DNA from: Euprymna scolopes
Lineage: Eukaryota
DNA: 64,000 nucleotides
NCBI GenBank assembly: GCA_053919585.1
Contig: CM132792.1
Strand: one strand, 5' to 3'
The notes below the pieces were generated by a model. That model saw only the letters and a program-made list of their open reading frames with translations. It made no database searches and was not told the DNA's origin. This document shows, piece by piece, positions 1 to 11,579 of this stretch; position 1 is the first letter of the stretch; each line of letters starts with the position of its first letter. A program made the position numbers and the translations under genes.

Positions 1-560
1 CTAACCCTACAAGGAACTGACTCTTAAGAATGATGTATATGAGTATGGGTTAAGAGCAGCAATAACACAGGTTGAAAAACCAATTGCATTTGCAAGTAGA
101 TCCCTATCAGATGCCGAATAAAGATATGCACAAAGAGATACTAGCAGTTGCATGTGGCCTAGAAAAATTTCACCATTATACCCAAGGAAGAGAAGTGGTA
201 GTTTTGATTGAACACAAGCCTCTCATCTCAATCAGCAAAAAGTCCCTAAATCAGCAAAAAGCCCCTCTCAAAGGTACCAAAACGGCTACAGAACCTCCAG
301 CTATGGGCCCAGCAATGCAATTACACACTCCCATATAAGCCAGCGAAAGATATCTCATAGGCAGATATGCTGTCATGAGCACCAACAAGCAAGCCAGAGT
401 TGGAAGAAATAACGTTGGTGAATAATCTGACAATGCAACCGATGCAAGACCACAGGTTCACAGAGATTTGCCAAAAGATAGTTGAAGACTCCAACATGAG
501 AGCATTGGCAGAAGTAATCGCTAAAGGATGGCGTGGACTGGACAAATTACTAGTCAGGGC
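1..560 (+). mobile_element. Ty3/Gypsy LTR-retrotransposon pol remnant (RNase H region), degenerate
   Basis: Frameshifted translation PIAFASRSLSDAE*RYAQ..EILAVACGLEKFHHYTQGREVVVLIEHKPL...YKP...ADMLS matches the Ty3/Gypsy RNase H pattern. Confidence 0.85.
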
Positions 561-599
561 CTGAAACATTTGAAAGACGCGGGATGCTATCAAAGCACC

Positions 600-1475
600 C
601 GAACCACCAACAGAAGGCCCAAGATGCTACAGATGTGGTGGACCCAACCATTCCTCTAGGGACTGCCAAAGCCAGAGAAATACAAGGTCTACAAATGACC
701 AAATAGCATGAGGATGAATACGCTGTCATCATTGCAACAAGCGAGGCCATATAGCGCAGAATTGTTAAGGAAACGAGTGTGGGGACACAATACTATCACT
801 ACCTTTGCTCAGGTCGGTTAATAAATGCAACATTGTCTGTGGTTGACGTAGACATCAATGGCATATGGTGCTCGGCGTTCATTGATACAGGATGCTAAGC
901 AGGATACAAGAGCAGGACCCTGTTGGAGGAGACTGGTACATGGGCAGCAACAAGATTACAGTCTGAGTGTAGATGTGAGTTCCATAGCTACAGGAATGGC
1001 ATTGGAGGCAAGCAAGAATGTAATCAGAGATGCATGTTGGCTGTGTCTGACTAACGATGTCAGGCAAATAAATTTAGCCAAGCTCGACGTGGTGCTCAGA
1101 GTGTTCAACTTGGCTCTCCAGTGGGATGCGATTACATTACACTTGGTCACTGATTCGGTGTGCGTGCAACGGTGGATTTCCAACACACTGTCTAGGAAGG
1201 CATAAGTAAATACAAGGGTTGCTGGAGAGATGCTGGTTAGGTGATGGTTGGGAACCCTGCAATCACTAGTAAAAGAGTATGAATTGACCATGGATGTGAT
1301 GCTCGTACAGTTTTATTAGAACTGTGCAGATTGCCTCACCAGAATACTCCATATATGGCTGGATCTTTTAAAGGAAGAAGGAGGGCTGGTACTTGAAAGA
1401 AGTGTAGCAGTGGCAGGACAACTGGACTAAGACCAGGTAGCAAATGTTCAATGTCATCAGGGTGTGAATGAACTC
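600..1475 (+). mobile_element. Second Gypsy-like remnant: gag zinc knuckles and protease start fused to RNase H (RT missing)
   Basis: CYRCGGPNHSSRDC (625-666) and CHHCNKRGHIAQNC (724-765) are CCHC knuckles. VDINGIWCSAFIDTGC (849-896) is an aspartic protease motif, followed by RNase H-like VDVSS..INLAKLD..TDS..NCADCLTR. Homologous to the Gypsy relic in each array unit. Confidence 0.8.
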
Positions 1476-1479
1476 TGTT

Positions 1480-3305
1480 CTGGAAGGAGGTGATATGGCA
1501 TAGCACTCAGACTGGTGCATCTGTCAGGAAGTATCGCCAGGGAACACACAGGATGTGATACAGACAGAAATGATCAGATGTGTGATGTAAGCACTATGAC
1601 TGTGTACAAGAATAAGTGTTACCACGGCGACTGCAATAACTACTGTTGAATTTTTCACCTGAGTTTTATTGGAAAGGTCTTTGCCTCAATCGTCCCCAAC
1701 AGGCTGCAGTTGTTTACAGATGTATATGTGAGTAACAATATGAGCTTATAACAAGAAGATCAACTGTCGACATTAATTTTCTTTTCCAGCAGAAAATGCT
1801 ACAAACAGAGGTAATTGCTATGCCTCATCTTCATCGACCTGATCAAGGTTTTTACCTTTGTCAGCAGAAAATAACATTTCATTTGCTCAAAAAGATTGCA
1901 TGTTACTTCAGACTCCTAAAAGTATCCTATTTATTCATAAGGACATGCAGTACAATACAATGACTCTTCTTAAAACCCTTTCCAATCAACAGTGGGGTAA
2001 AAAAAATTTGTGTACTCGCTCCGACAGTCTTTAGAATTTTCTTCTTTCTACTGTTTTCCTACACATTCAACAAGTCAGAATATGGATTGAATCTCCATAC
2101 CAGAGACAGTGGCAGCATTTTCAACCATGGCTACATCTATATATCTATAAAATGAAAGTGTGTGTGTTTGGGGGGAGGGGTTTGTGCGTGGGTGTGTGTG
2201 TGTGTGTCTGTCTGTCAATTTTCAGTCTACAGGCTCAAAATTTAATATACAGGGTATTGAGATTTGGGAAAATCTTTGTTTACGGCCAGAAATGTGGCTG
2301 TTAAGGGGTCAAAGTTCAATGATTTGACCTTTGAGAACTCTACCAAACTCCTCCGACAATTTTAGGTCTTAACACTTGAAATTTTAGATATAGGTTCCTT
2401 GGACATGGATCTAACTTAATAACTTGATTTGCGCCCAAAACAATAAATGTTAAGGGGTCATAATAGGGGTCAAAGTTTAAAAAATTGACCGCTTTTTTTT
2501 TTTGCTCAACATACACCTTCAAACACCCAGGCAACGCCGGGCTAAATTGCTAGTTTTAACTAAGACTAAAATGCATGACGTAAAATATATGTGAGATGCT
2601 CTTTGCTGATGATGCAGCACTGATGAGACACTCTGCAGAATCATTGCAATGACTCATCTATTACTTCGTGCATGCATGTAAAATGACTAACATGTATACA
2701 TTAACCTAAACATCAATATTGAGGCAGTCAAAAACTACAAAATACATCGGCTCCAATATCCTCAGGGATATTTCTCTTGATGTAAAAATCACCAAACATA
2801 TCAGCAAATTGGCAAAAATGATGGTTAGCTTGATGAAGAGTCTTGAACAACAATATGCGAATCAACAATACTCAGCAACCTGTTTTAGCATAACAACATC
2901 TCAAAGACATCCTGAGCATGTTTGCTTTGCTTTCTAAACACGACTCTGGTAGCTTTACCATGCCAAGCACAAACACAAAGATAAAGAAGATGCTTTAGTG
3001 TCTGGAGGACACCAAAGCATCTTCTTTATAGGGAGATCATAACCGGCTTTAGACCACTATATCTGTAAGATTGCAGCTGCTGTAAAGACATGTTCTAAGA
3101 GGAGTGAAAAAGAGGAAAGACCAGCAGAGGAGGGAGAGTCAAGAAAACACATGTATAGAACACAGGTTGCAACTCTTACATCTGTGGCATCTGTAAGTCG
3201 GCTTGTCAATCCAAGATAGGCTTGCACATTTCAGCAGATGCTACAATTCACCAACAGACTAATCTGATGTGCAGAAAACCATTGTCTCATGAAACAGACA
3301 TATGC
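1480..3305 (+). mobile_element. RTE-clade LINE remnant (RT and 3' part), degenerate, interrupted by a Helitron
   Basis: YKNKCYHGDCNNYC..LSFIGKVFA..NRLQ, RSTVD, FIDL.K.F, GVK..CVLAPTVF and MLFADD are typical RTE reverse-transcriptase motifs; many stops. Confidence 0.85.
2136..2553 (+). mobile_element. Non-autonomous Helitron (418 bp)
   Basis: Starts with TC (tctatatatctataaaatg) and ends with a GC-rich hairpin (cccaggcaacgccggg) followed by CTAG. Inserted between A and T with no TSD; the empty site (cttggccaca|ttttaactaag) is visible in array copies of the RTE, e.g. ~49630. Confidence 0.85.
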
Positions 3306-3454
3306 ATCTTTAAAAAAAGATGTTACAAATCCAGTTCAATTTAGATGCGAGTCTTACATGTGGTTAACATAAGAAATTTAATTTAACCTGAAAATACTAT
3401 TTAAAAAATAGTGCAGTAATATTTATTTAAAGTTATTTTTAAACAGGTAATTTA

Positions 3455-3792
3455 CCCCCTCGCCAAACTTTTACAAGAAACACTCGTCTAGCTGAAAACA
3501 CTATCAATAATCCCCCCCACTCTTTATCTGTGCCTAAACCTAAACGTTGATTCCATGAAAAAAGCTTCTTTCTTAGAACTGCATGCCTGCTTTCCAGCTG
3601 ATTACAATCTGATTGTCTTCAAGTCCAACGTAAACAAGTTCTTGATGAGCCGTTCCACTTAAGTTAACAAATTTACCAAATTTCCATTACTAACAATTAC
3701 TATATTGTTCAATTGACTACTGTACATGCTTAACCCTTATCCTCGAGTGGTCTTTGGGCCTTGATAAGTGGTGATGTTCATGTAAAAAAAAA
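3455..3792 (+). mobile_element. 5'-truncated 3' end of a CR1-like LINE
   Basis: Matches the 3' end and poly(A) of the element ending at 9039 (ccccctcgccaaact...cttgataagtggtgatg..tgtaaaaaaa). Confidence 0.9.
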
Positions 3793-3834
3793 CAGTACAA
3801 TTTTATGTTTATACAAGAAAAGGCTGATGTATTA

Positions 3835-4360
3835 TTCACTCTGGATTGGTTAAACTGACTGCTTCACATAAATTCACGGAATCTTGTAAGACCACTGACC
3901 AAACTTAGTGATTCATTGTCAACGATGAAATTATCAACAGCCTATCATGGTTCCAACAGTGAACACCATAGATTGTCAGTACCAGAATCACTTTGGTATG
4001 TATCTTGCAGAACCGTTCTGAGCCACGTTTTAAGCTGGCCGCCACATCACTTCTTCCAGCCCAAAGGAGGAATTGGATTGGTGGTTTCTTAGATGAGATC
4101 GCCTCATTCCATTAAGGTGTCTCATAAGAAGAACCTGCTGTAGGGAGGTGATGTGTCACTGGGCTTGGACCAGCGCATTTTGCAGGGAGTGTTTCCAGGC
4201 CAAACATAGGATGCGATACAAGCATCATCACTCTGTACAAGAATAAGTGTTACCATAGCGACTGCAATAACTACTGTGGAATTTTTCTCCTCAGTTTTAT
4301 TGGAAAGGTCTTTGTCTCAGTCGTCCTCAGCAACTGCAGTTACTTCCAGAGCATGCATAC
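3835..4360. mobile_element. Diverged RTE-like fragments (minus-strand C-terminal piece joined to a plus-strand RT piece)
   Basis: Homologous to 22075-22610. Plus strand ITLYKNKCYHSDCNNYCGIFLLSFIGKVF; minus strand GWKK*CGGQLKTWLRTV. Confidence 0.65.
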
Positions 4361-4769
4361 AGTCTTTTGAATGCTGAAGTTTTTAAAGCTAAAATCCCTT
4401 CAACAGTTTGCATTTTGAATATGGGAACTCTTTCAAAATAAGTTGTTGCGATATTAATTTTTATTTTTATCTTTTTAGATTCAAATGTTAATAACTTCAT
4501 TTTATTTCAAGATTTACTATAAAAGAAAACTCAAAAGTTTGAATTTTCTTTTATAGTAACTATTAAAGGATTTCTCGATACAAGAAAACTTTCAGATTAG
4601 ATAAGTTATAGCAAACTGTATAGAAAATAACATGGTACAACAATAACAGATGAAAACTGACTAGTCAGAAGTAAAGTTTGATCAGTCAGCTTAAATGCTA
4701 TTTAGGTCCAATTCATATAATCCAGTCGAAATAATTTAATATATTAAGTTTCTTAATTTTTTGCGGTGA

Positions 4770-5040
4770 GTATTGATACTTTTTATTATTCATACTATTG
4801 TTCTCATCTTCAGTGTTATTTTCACACCGTTTCAGCCGATGTAACCTTCGACCTTCTTCAGGCGTATTTTGTCAAAATCTGTATAGAATTTTGAATGAAA
4901 CTCTTTATGTAATCTACGCGGGTAGCATGCTCTCATTTTGTCAGCCATGACTAATTAGAAAACTACATTTGTGTTCTTAGTAAAATTTTTAGGACTGAAC
5001 CTTAAACCACCAAAAGAACTGAATTACTTAGTATTTTATC
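4770..5040 (-). mobile_element. Possible Penelope-like repeat remnant with a degenerate hammerhead core
   Basis: Minus strand of ~4823-4862 reads cCTGAAGA-aggtcga aggttaca tcggct-GAAAcggtgtg (CUGANGA, stem II, GAAA). Boundaries approximate. Confidence 0.4.
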
Positions 5041-5059
5041 TTTTTTATATGGTATAATC

Positions 5060-5156
5060 ACATTGATAAACAGTTCTTGCCAGATCACCGAAGTTAAGCA
5101 AAGTTGAGCCTGGCTAATACCAGATGGATGACCATTTGTGAATTCTAGGTATTGTA
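5060..5156 (+). pseudogene. 5S rRNA-derived fragment (pseudogene or SINE3-type head)
   Basis: gatcaccgaagttaagca...gagcctggctaataccagatggatgacc...gtgaattctaggtattgta follows the 5S internal control region (box A, box C) with many substitutions. Confidence 0.7.
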
Positions 5157-6039
5157 TGTGCTCTCTGCTCATCTGAGCATTGTTTCCAGTCGTCCTGTAC
5201 CTCAGATTGCCACTGGTATTCAACAATGGTGACTCAGGATAGGCGTGGTTGGAGATTGCGCAACTCTTGCTACACAAATTTCATGTGCAGGCATCCTTAC
5301 ATTGGGTTTCCATGGTCTGTCAAGGCTGGAGGAAGCCATATATTTCAGTATTTAATTTATATTTTTATTTTTTTATTGTTTTATTTAATAATAGATGTTG
5401 TTTATTATATCTACCAAGTTGATTGCAGAAATTGATCATGGAAATTGTATTAAGTTTCAGTTAGTGAGAGGGGAATCTATCACCATACTTTCCCTTTAAC
5501 ACGCCAATTGGACTTTTATTAAGTACAATACTTTATAAAATCATATGTTTTTTTATTTGTCCCTCACTCCTCATTTTTTCATGAGTGATTTTTCTGACAA
5601 AGGGAGAAGAAAAAGCTGTATTCTAGGTTGCCAGTATTTTGCACGAACAGTCGCCAGAGATGTCAGAAATTTTCTGTTTCTATGTCTATCCTTGTGACCA
5701 TATCAATAGTAAGGGTTCTGGAAGTAATCGTTTTTTTCTGGGCTGACGTTATCCACCTGATAGTCAGGGACCTGAACCTTGGATTAACCACTAAGAAAGC
5801 TGTCCAATCAGCAGGTGCAAAGTACTGGGGCTGTTGGTGAATGGATTCTAGACCTTGCAGTAGCTTCTGGTGGAGGCCTCTCAATGCTATATTAGTGGGT
5901 AATTGTTACGGCTTTACCTTATCATGTACTACAAAAAAAATTTCTTCATATCTTTTTCTGTCTTACTTTCCCTCTCTGTTCTGCTCTAAGCAAGTTTTTC
6001 AACCTAGTCCACAAATCCCAAAACTTCACCATGTAAAGT

Positions 6040-9039
6040 TTCTAGAAAAAATACACAATTAAACCCAGATCTCCATCTTCCAACATAGAACCCCACTATC
6101 ATGTCTCCTTCTCCAACATCAGGGGTCTACGTTCTAACGTTCCAGAGGTTGAAACACAATTACAGGAAACTAAACCACACCTATTATTCCTACTATTCCT
6201 AAGTGAAACTGGCATTGGACAGACTATTTCTCTAGATAAGTTCGTAATAGGATACTCTTACTTAACTTCCAAATCTGACCCCCAAGATCGCCATGGGCAT
6301 GGAATATATGAATAAGATGGCTTCCCATGTGGCAGGGACATTTCCAGAGAAGATCTTAACTTACCCTATATGTGCTTCCGGGTTGCGCTTGCTCACACTA
6401 CTGCATTTATATTTACTCTCTATTGCCCCCACAACAGCGGAGTTACTATCTTTAAAAGCATATCTGAGAAAATTGACCACGTCCTATCTGCTTATCCTTC
6501 AGCTAACATTCACATATGTGGAGACTTCAATGTTAACAATGTGGAATGGTTAACCCACTAAACAAGCCCAATGATGAGGTGAGGTTCTGTCATGATTTCT
6601 CCATTGTTTATGACCTCACTTAGATTGTTCACGAACTCACTTCTGTGCCCGACACTGACGGCCAATATGCAAGTCTTCTAAACCTTTTTCTCACAATTGT
6701 CTGAACTATGTTCAGCTTCCGTTCTATCTCCACTTGGATCTTCCAACCACTCTGTTGTAATTGATACAGATAAGATAAAAATGAAATGTAATAAGTCCTC
6801 AGACGTACCTCTCCATCCTACAGTATATCAATACTCTATAGCTGACTGGGATAGCTTCCGTACATTTATATTAGATCTACCTCTGCATTCCATGTTTAAA
6901 AAGGATGTGTCCGCTATAGTATCAGACGTGATGGAATAGTTAATTGTAGGTATAGACCTTTTCATACCTTCGAAAAAGTTCCAGCAAAAACCTAACAGCC
7001 AGCTGTGGTTCTCTCCAGAATGTACTGCTTCCATTGTGCACAGAAATCACTTTTTCCATTGCTTCCAATGTAATAGATGTACTGAGACTAAAGCTGCTTT
7101 CAGCACTGCCAGCAACCACTGTAGAAAAGTAATAAAGAATGCAAGAGAGTTGTATGCTCAGTCAGAAGTCTGAGCAGCGGCTTCATTTCCACCAGTTTTG
7201 GCAAATTGCAAACAGAATCTTGAACAGAAGCGTGTGCTCTATCCCAACTATCATCAATTGACCTGAGGTAATTTCGTCAGCATCAGACAAAGCCAAACTC
7301 TTTGCCAAGAACTTTGCAGCTAATTCTACCCTTGTGACCAAGGCCGCGAACCTCCAATATTTTCTCCTGTATCAGAAAACACACTATGTGTTATAAAAAT
7401 ATCTATACGTGATATTGCCAAGCTAATCAAAAACTTTGATTCCAGTTAAGTAACTGGCCCTGACGGTATTCCAATTATAGTACTCAAAAAACTTCAACCA
7501 GAACTAGCACCCATACTTACAAAACTGTTTAAACGTTGTCTTAAGGAGAATTGCTTCCCATCACCCTGGAAAATCTCATCAGTATGCCCTGTATTTAAGA
7601 ATTCAGGTGATCAGTCATCTCCAATAAGTCTACTGTGGGTCATGAGTAAGTTGCTGGAATCTGTGTTAAATAGAGAAGTAATCAACCATCTCAGCAAAAA
7701 TAACTTTCTTAGTGACACACAATATGGTTTCCATTCTGCTAGATCTACAGCAGATGTGCTTACAGTTATATCTCATAGGATTAGTGAATCTCTCAACAGA
7801 GGCTACCTTTCAAGGGCAATTGCTGTTGACATATCAAAGGCCTTCGATAGGGTATGGCATAAAGGTTTACTTCACAAAATCTCCAGCTTTGGTATAGCTG
7901 GAAATGTCTTCTCAATTATTAAATCATTTCTCTCTGATAGGTTCATAAGAATATTGGTTGATGGGCAAAAAATTAGAAGCTCACAGTATTAATGCTGGAG
8001 TCCCTCAGGGGTCCATCTTGGGCCCAAATCTTTTCCTGATCTACATTAATGATCTTCCAAATCACATCCTTACATCATTTGTAGACAATTATGCTGATGA
8101 CACTACCATCTATAGTAGCACATCTAAGTCAATAAACGACCAAGTTCTCTCTAATTCCCTCTCCTCTGATCTTGAGCACATGCTACAATGGGGAAAGGAA
8201 TGGCTGGTTACATTTAATGCATCTAAAACCAAGCTTCTCTCTTTACATCATCAGCGTTCTGACCCCCATCTGGCATCAATTGAAATGAATGGCTCTCGTC
8301 TTGAGGAGGCCTCAAGTTTTGACAAACTTCTGAGCTTGACCTTACTCCTGATCTTAAATGGGACAGGTACATCAAATCTGTTGCCAAGGAAAAATGGTGG
8401 GATCCTTCTATCGATCTAGTAGATATCTCATTGCTGATGCAATTCTCTATCTATATAAGAGGCAGGTACGTCCAAGGATGGAATATTGTTGCCACTTCTG
8501 GGTAGGAGCTGCTAGAAAGGACTTGTCCTGCCTTAATAGACTTCCTAGTCTCGTAGGAGATATCCTTTTCTCTTCCCTGCAACCTCTATCTCACAGAAGA
8601 GATGTTGTGAGTTTGTCTCTGATGTATCGTTATTTTCATGGAAAGTGTTCGACTGAGCTTCAGTCTATGGTCCCCCCTCGCCAAACTTTCACAAGAAACA
8701 CTCGTCTGGCTGAAAACACTATCAATAATTCCCCCCCCCACTCGTTATCTGTGCCTAAACCTAAACGTAGATTCCATGAACAAAGCTTCTTTCTTAGAAC
8801 TGCACACCTGTGGAATTGTCTTCCGTTTTCCTGCTTTCCAGCTGACTACAATATGGTTGTCTTCAAGTCTAACATAAACAAGTTCTTGATGAGCCGTCCC
8901 ACTTGTTAACAAATTTACCAAATTTTCTATTACTAACGATTACTATATTGTCCAATTTCTACTGTACACTATTTAACCCTTGTCCTCGAGTGGCCTCTTG
9001 GCCTTGATAAGTGGTGATGCCTGTGTAAAAAAAAAAAAA
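6040..9039 (+). mobile_element. Near full-length degenerate CR1/L2-group LINE ORF2 (APE endonuclease + reverse transcriptase) with 3' UTR and poly(A)
   Basis: Endonuclease motifs SFSNIRGLRSN..LSET and HICGDFNV; RT motifs TGPDG, QYGF, DISKAFDRVWHKGL, GVPQGSILGP, YADD; multiple stops and frameshifts; A14 tail at ~9026-9039. The 5' end may extend to ~5500. Confidence 0.93.
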
Positions 9040-9946
9040 ATGGATTAAAAGTTCGATGTTGTGAAAAAATGTGGAAATGTTCTTAAAAGGAAGAGTTCTG
9101 GCATAAAAGCAATGTTTCTAACTGGTGTATATAGTTGCTTGGACTATATTTAGATTTTAAAACAATCTGATAAGGTTTAGATTAAAATATGCAGTAAAGA
9201 GCAAGAGAGAGAAATCTTTCTCTGACTGAGGCAGAATGTTATTTTTGCAGAATACATGTTTCTTTCTTTTTTTTAGGTAAAGGAAAATAAAGTTTGTTAT
9301 TTCAATCGGTTCCATGAATATATCTGATGCAATGCAGAGTTATATATTTTCTTTTGGTAATTAATCCAGGGAGATTTACGGGTTCCAGATGCATGGTGCA
9401 CAAAATCATAATAACGGTTTTAACGTCTGGAGAAACAGCAAGGGTTGTGTGCTTGTTAACACTTCAAGGGAAATCTGACTCAACTGACTGGGTTTCATGT
9501 GCAGTGCCTTTTTTTTTATAGGTGCAGACCGGCTCCAGCAAAAATGTTAGAAAAATCTTTTTGAAATTTGCTTTCTTTGAATGCCGATTGGATGAAAAGT
9601 TAAGGTCTCTGTCACATGGGGTGCTTTCAACTACATTGGTGCGAAAAGACAGAATTTTAGTTTTTATGCCGGCAGAATTAGCGTGGATGTAGAAAACAGA
9701 TGTATGCACAACTGGAACGGTCCTTGTCCAGCCACTTCTAATGTTTGTGGCGAGTCTTTATGAGTATATGAACTTTAATGAAATAAGATTTGATAAACTC
9801 ATAGCACTTGTGCTTTTTTACAAGAATCTTTATCATTTTTTTCAGTAAGCTTTTCATAAATTTTCCCTGCGGTTGGCACGATGTTGAATAGGTAAGCCAT
9901 ATAATTATATCTGATTAGTTTTGCTTGAACTCCTTTAGCACCGCAC

Positions 9947-11330
9947 TAAGAGTGTCAGAATTCGCCATTAAAAAAGGAGTTATCAAACTTGCTATCTTTC
10001 GAAGATATAAATATGAATGATGCAATTTAAACCCTAATTTTTTTTCAATAAAAGGAGCAAAGACCAAACTTTAAAATAATAAAAGGTTTTATCGAAAAAT
10101 ATACAATATTTTTTTTTAAATCGGTTTTCTTTAAAAAAGATTTCATGAAATTCAACGAATTTTAACTTTATCTAAATATAATAAATATGTATAAATTAAA
10201 AAAAATCACTTACCTATATAAAATACTAATCAATGAATGCTTCCATTCTTCATTTATGAGAATTTGTCCATATTTATATTTTATATTCCATGTATATTTT
10301 AAATAAAATAATTTTTGAAACAACTATTTGAAAAGACCGCCATTACGTAAAAATTAACCGGTGTTAGCAAAGCGGTGTTTCTTCCTGTTTTGAAATACGG
10401 ATGGACAAAAGGATGTAAAAACAACACATACGCGTAAGCCATGAAGCCTTGTGCGTGAAAAAATATGTCACCGTAGTGAAAAATAATCACATTTTACTTG
10501 TCGGTGTTTGCCTTTAAAAAGAAAAACACTCAACGAATTTTTATTTTTCTTCTCTCAAAGAAATGCATGAGTTTTTGATTTAATATATTTTATTTCTTCT
10601 TTATGGAGTGGATTTTTTTTTTTTGAAATATCTAAAAAAAAAAAAAAACATTGAATGAAATAGAAAAAAAGTGTCGCAATTCTACGAAATTTTTTGGACT
10701 ATAAAACAAGATTCAACGTGGTTTAAAAAAAATGGTTTTAAACTTTGGTCTTTATGGGTAATTTTGCAAATAACTGTTCTTTTTTGTTGTTTTAAATTAG
10801 CTTATTTTATTTATTGATCTTTTATCTTCAATTTGTGATATATAAATTTGAGGTGAGAAAATTAATTATTTTCATTTGAATTTGAATAGACATTTCAAAA
10901 TGGGGTTCGGTGAATAAAAAAAAAAACGCTTGTCTAGAATATTATATTCGGTTTATTGGGAAGAGCATAAAATTTCACATTGAACCTGAAAATATCGTAA
11001 AAATTGACCTATTACAAGAATTTTGATAGATTTTTAAAGTTTAAAAATTGAAAAAAATTTAACAACTCGTAAAATTCGATTGATTTCATTATGTAAAAAC
11101 ATGGCTGCATGAACGCGCGCAGGCACTTTGTAAACATTTTTTTTTTTTTGTTAATAAAAAAAATAGCATTTTTGTTATTTCTTAAACAACTTTAATAGTT
11201 TATTTTGGAAGTATATTTCATACAGAAAATAAACAACCCACTTTAAAAAGATAAATTACGAGTTTTTTATATTTTATTCGCAGTTTTGTGTTAGGGTGTC
11301 AAAAATTCCCCAAAATTCCTGACACACCTA
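9947..11330. mobile_element. Non-autonomous TIR DNA transposon (~1.38 kb)
   Basis: Ends taagagtgtcagaatt / aattcctgacacaccta are imperfect inverted repeats. It interrupts a sequence that is contiguous in the units (ctccttaagcgccgcgctatttgaac, ~26412-26437), with an imperfect flanking duplication gcaccgcac/gcgccgcag. Confidence 0.6.
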
Positions 11331-11579
11331 GCGCCGCAGCCGCACTATTTGAACCTATCTTTTTCTTTTTATCACAAGTATTTTTATATCTTCCAATAAA
11401 ACAGCTTTAGTTGGATCGAGTTTATAGATTTGAAAATTGTAAAATTCTTTATTTATACTTAAATTTTACTTAAATTGTAAATCATTGATTAGTTTAAATT
11501 TAACTATCGTTTAATATCGTTTAATAAATACGAATTAGATTTTTCATTGAATTAGTAACTTAAATAATATTTTGAATTT

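Noticed and set aside
5060-5156. Functional 5S rRNA gene
   Set aside because: Incomplete 5' end, many substitutions, no T-run terminator, not arrayed.
6040-9039. Active autonomous LINE
   Set aside because: Multiple in-frame stops and frameshifts across the endonuclease and RT domains.
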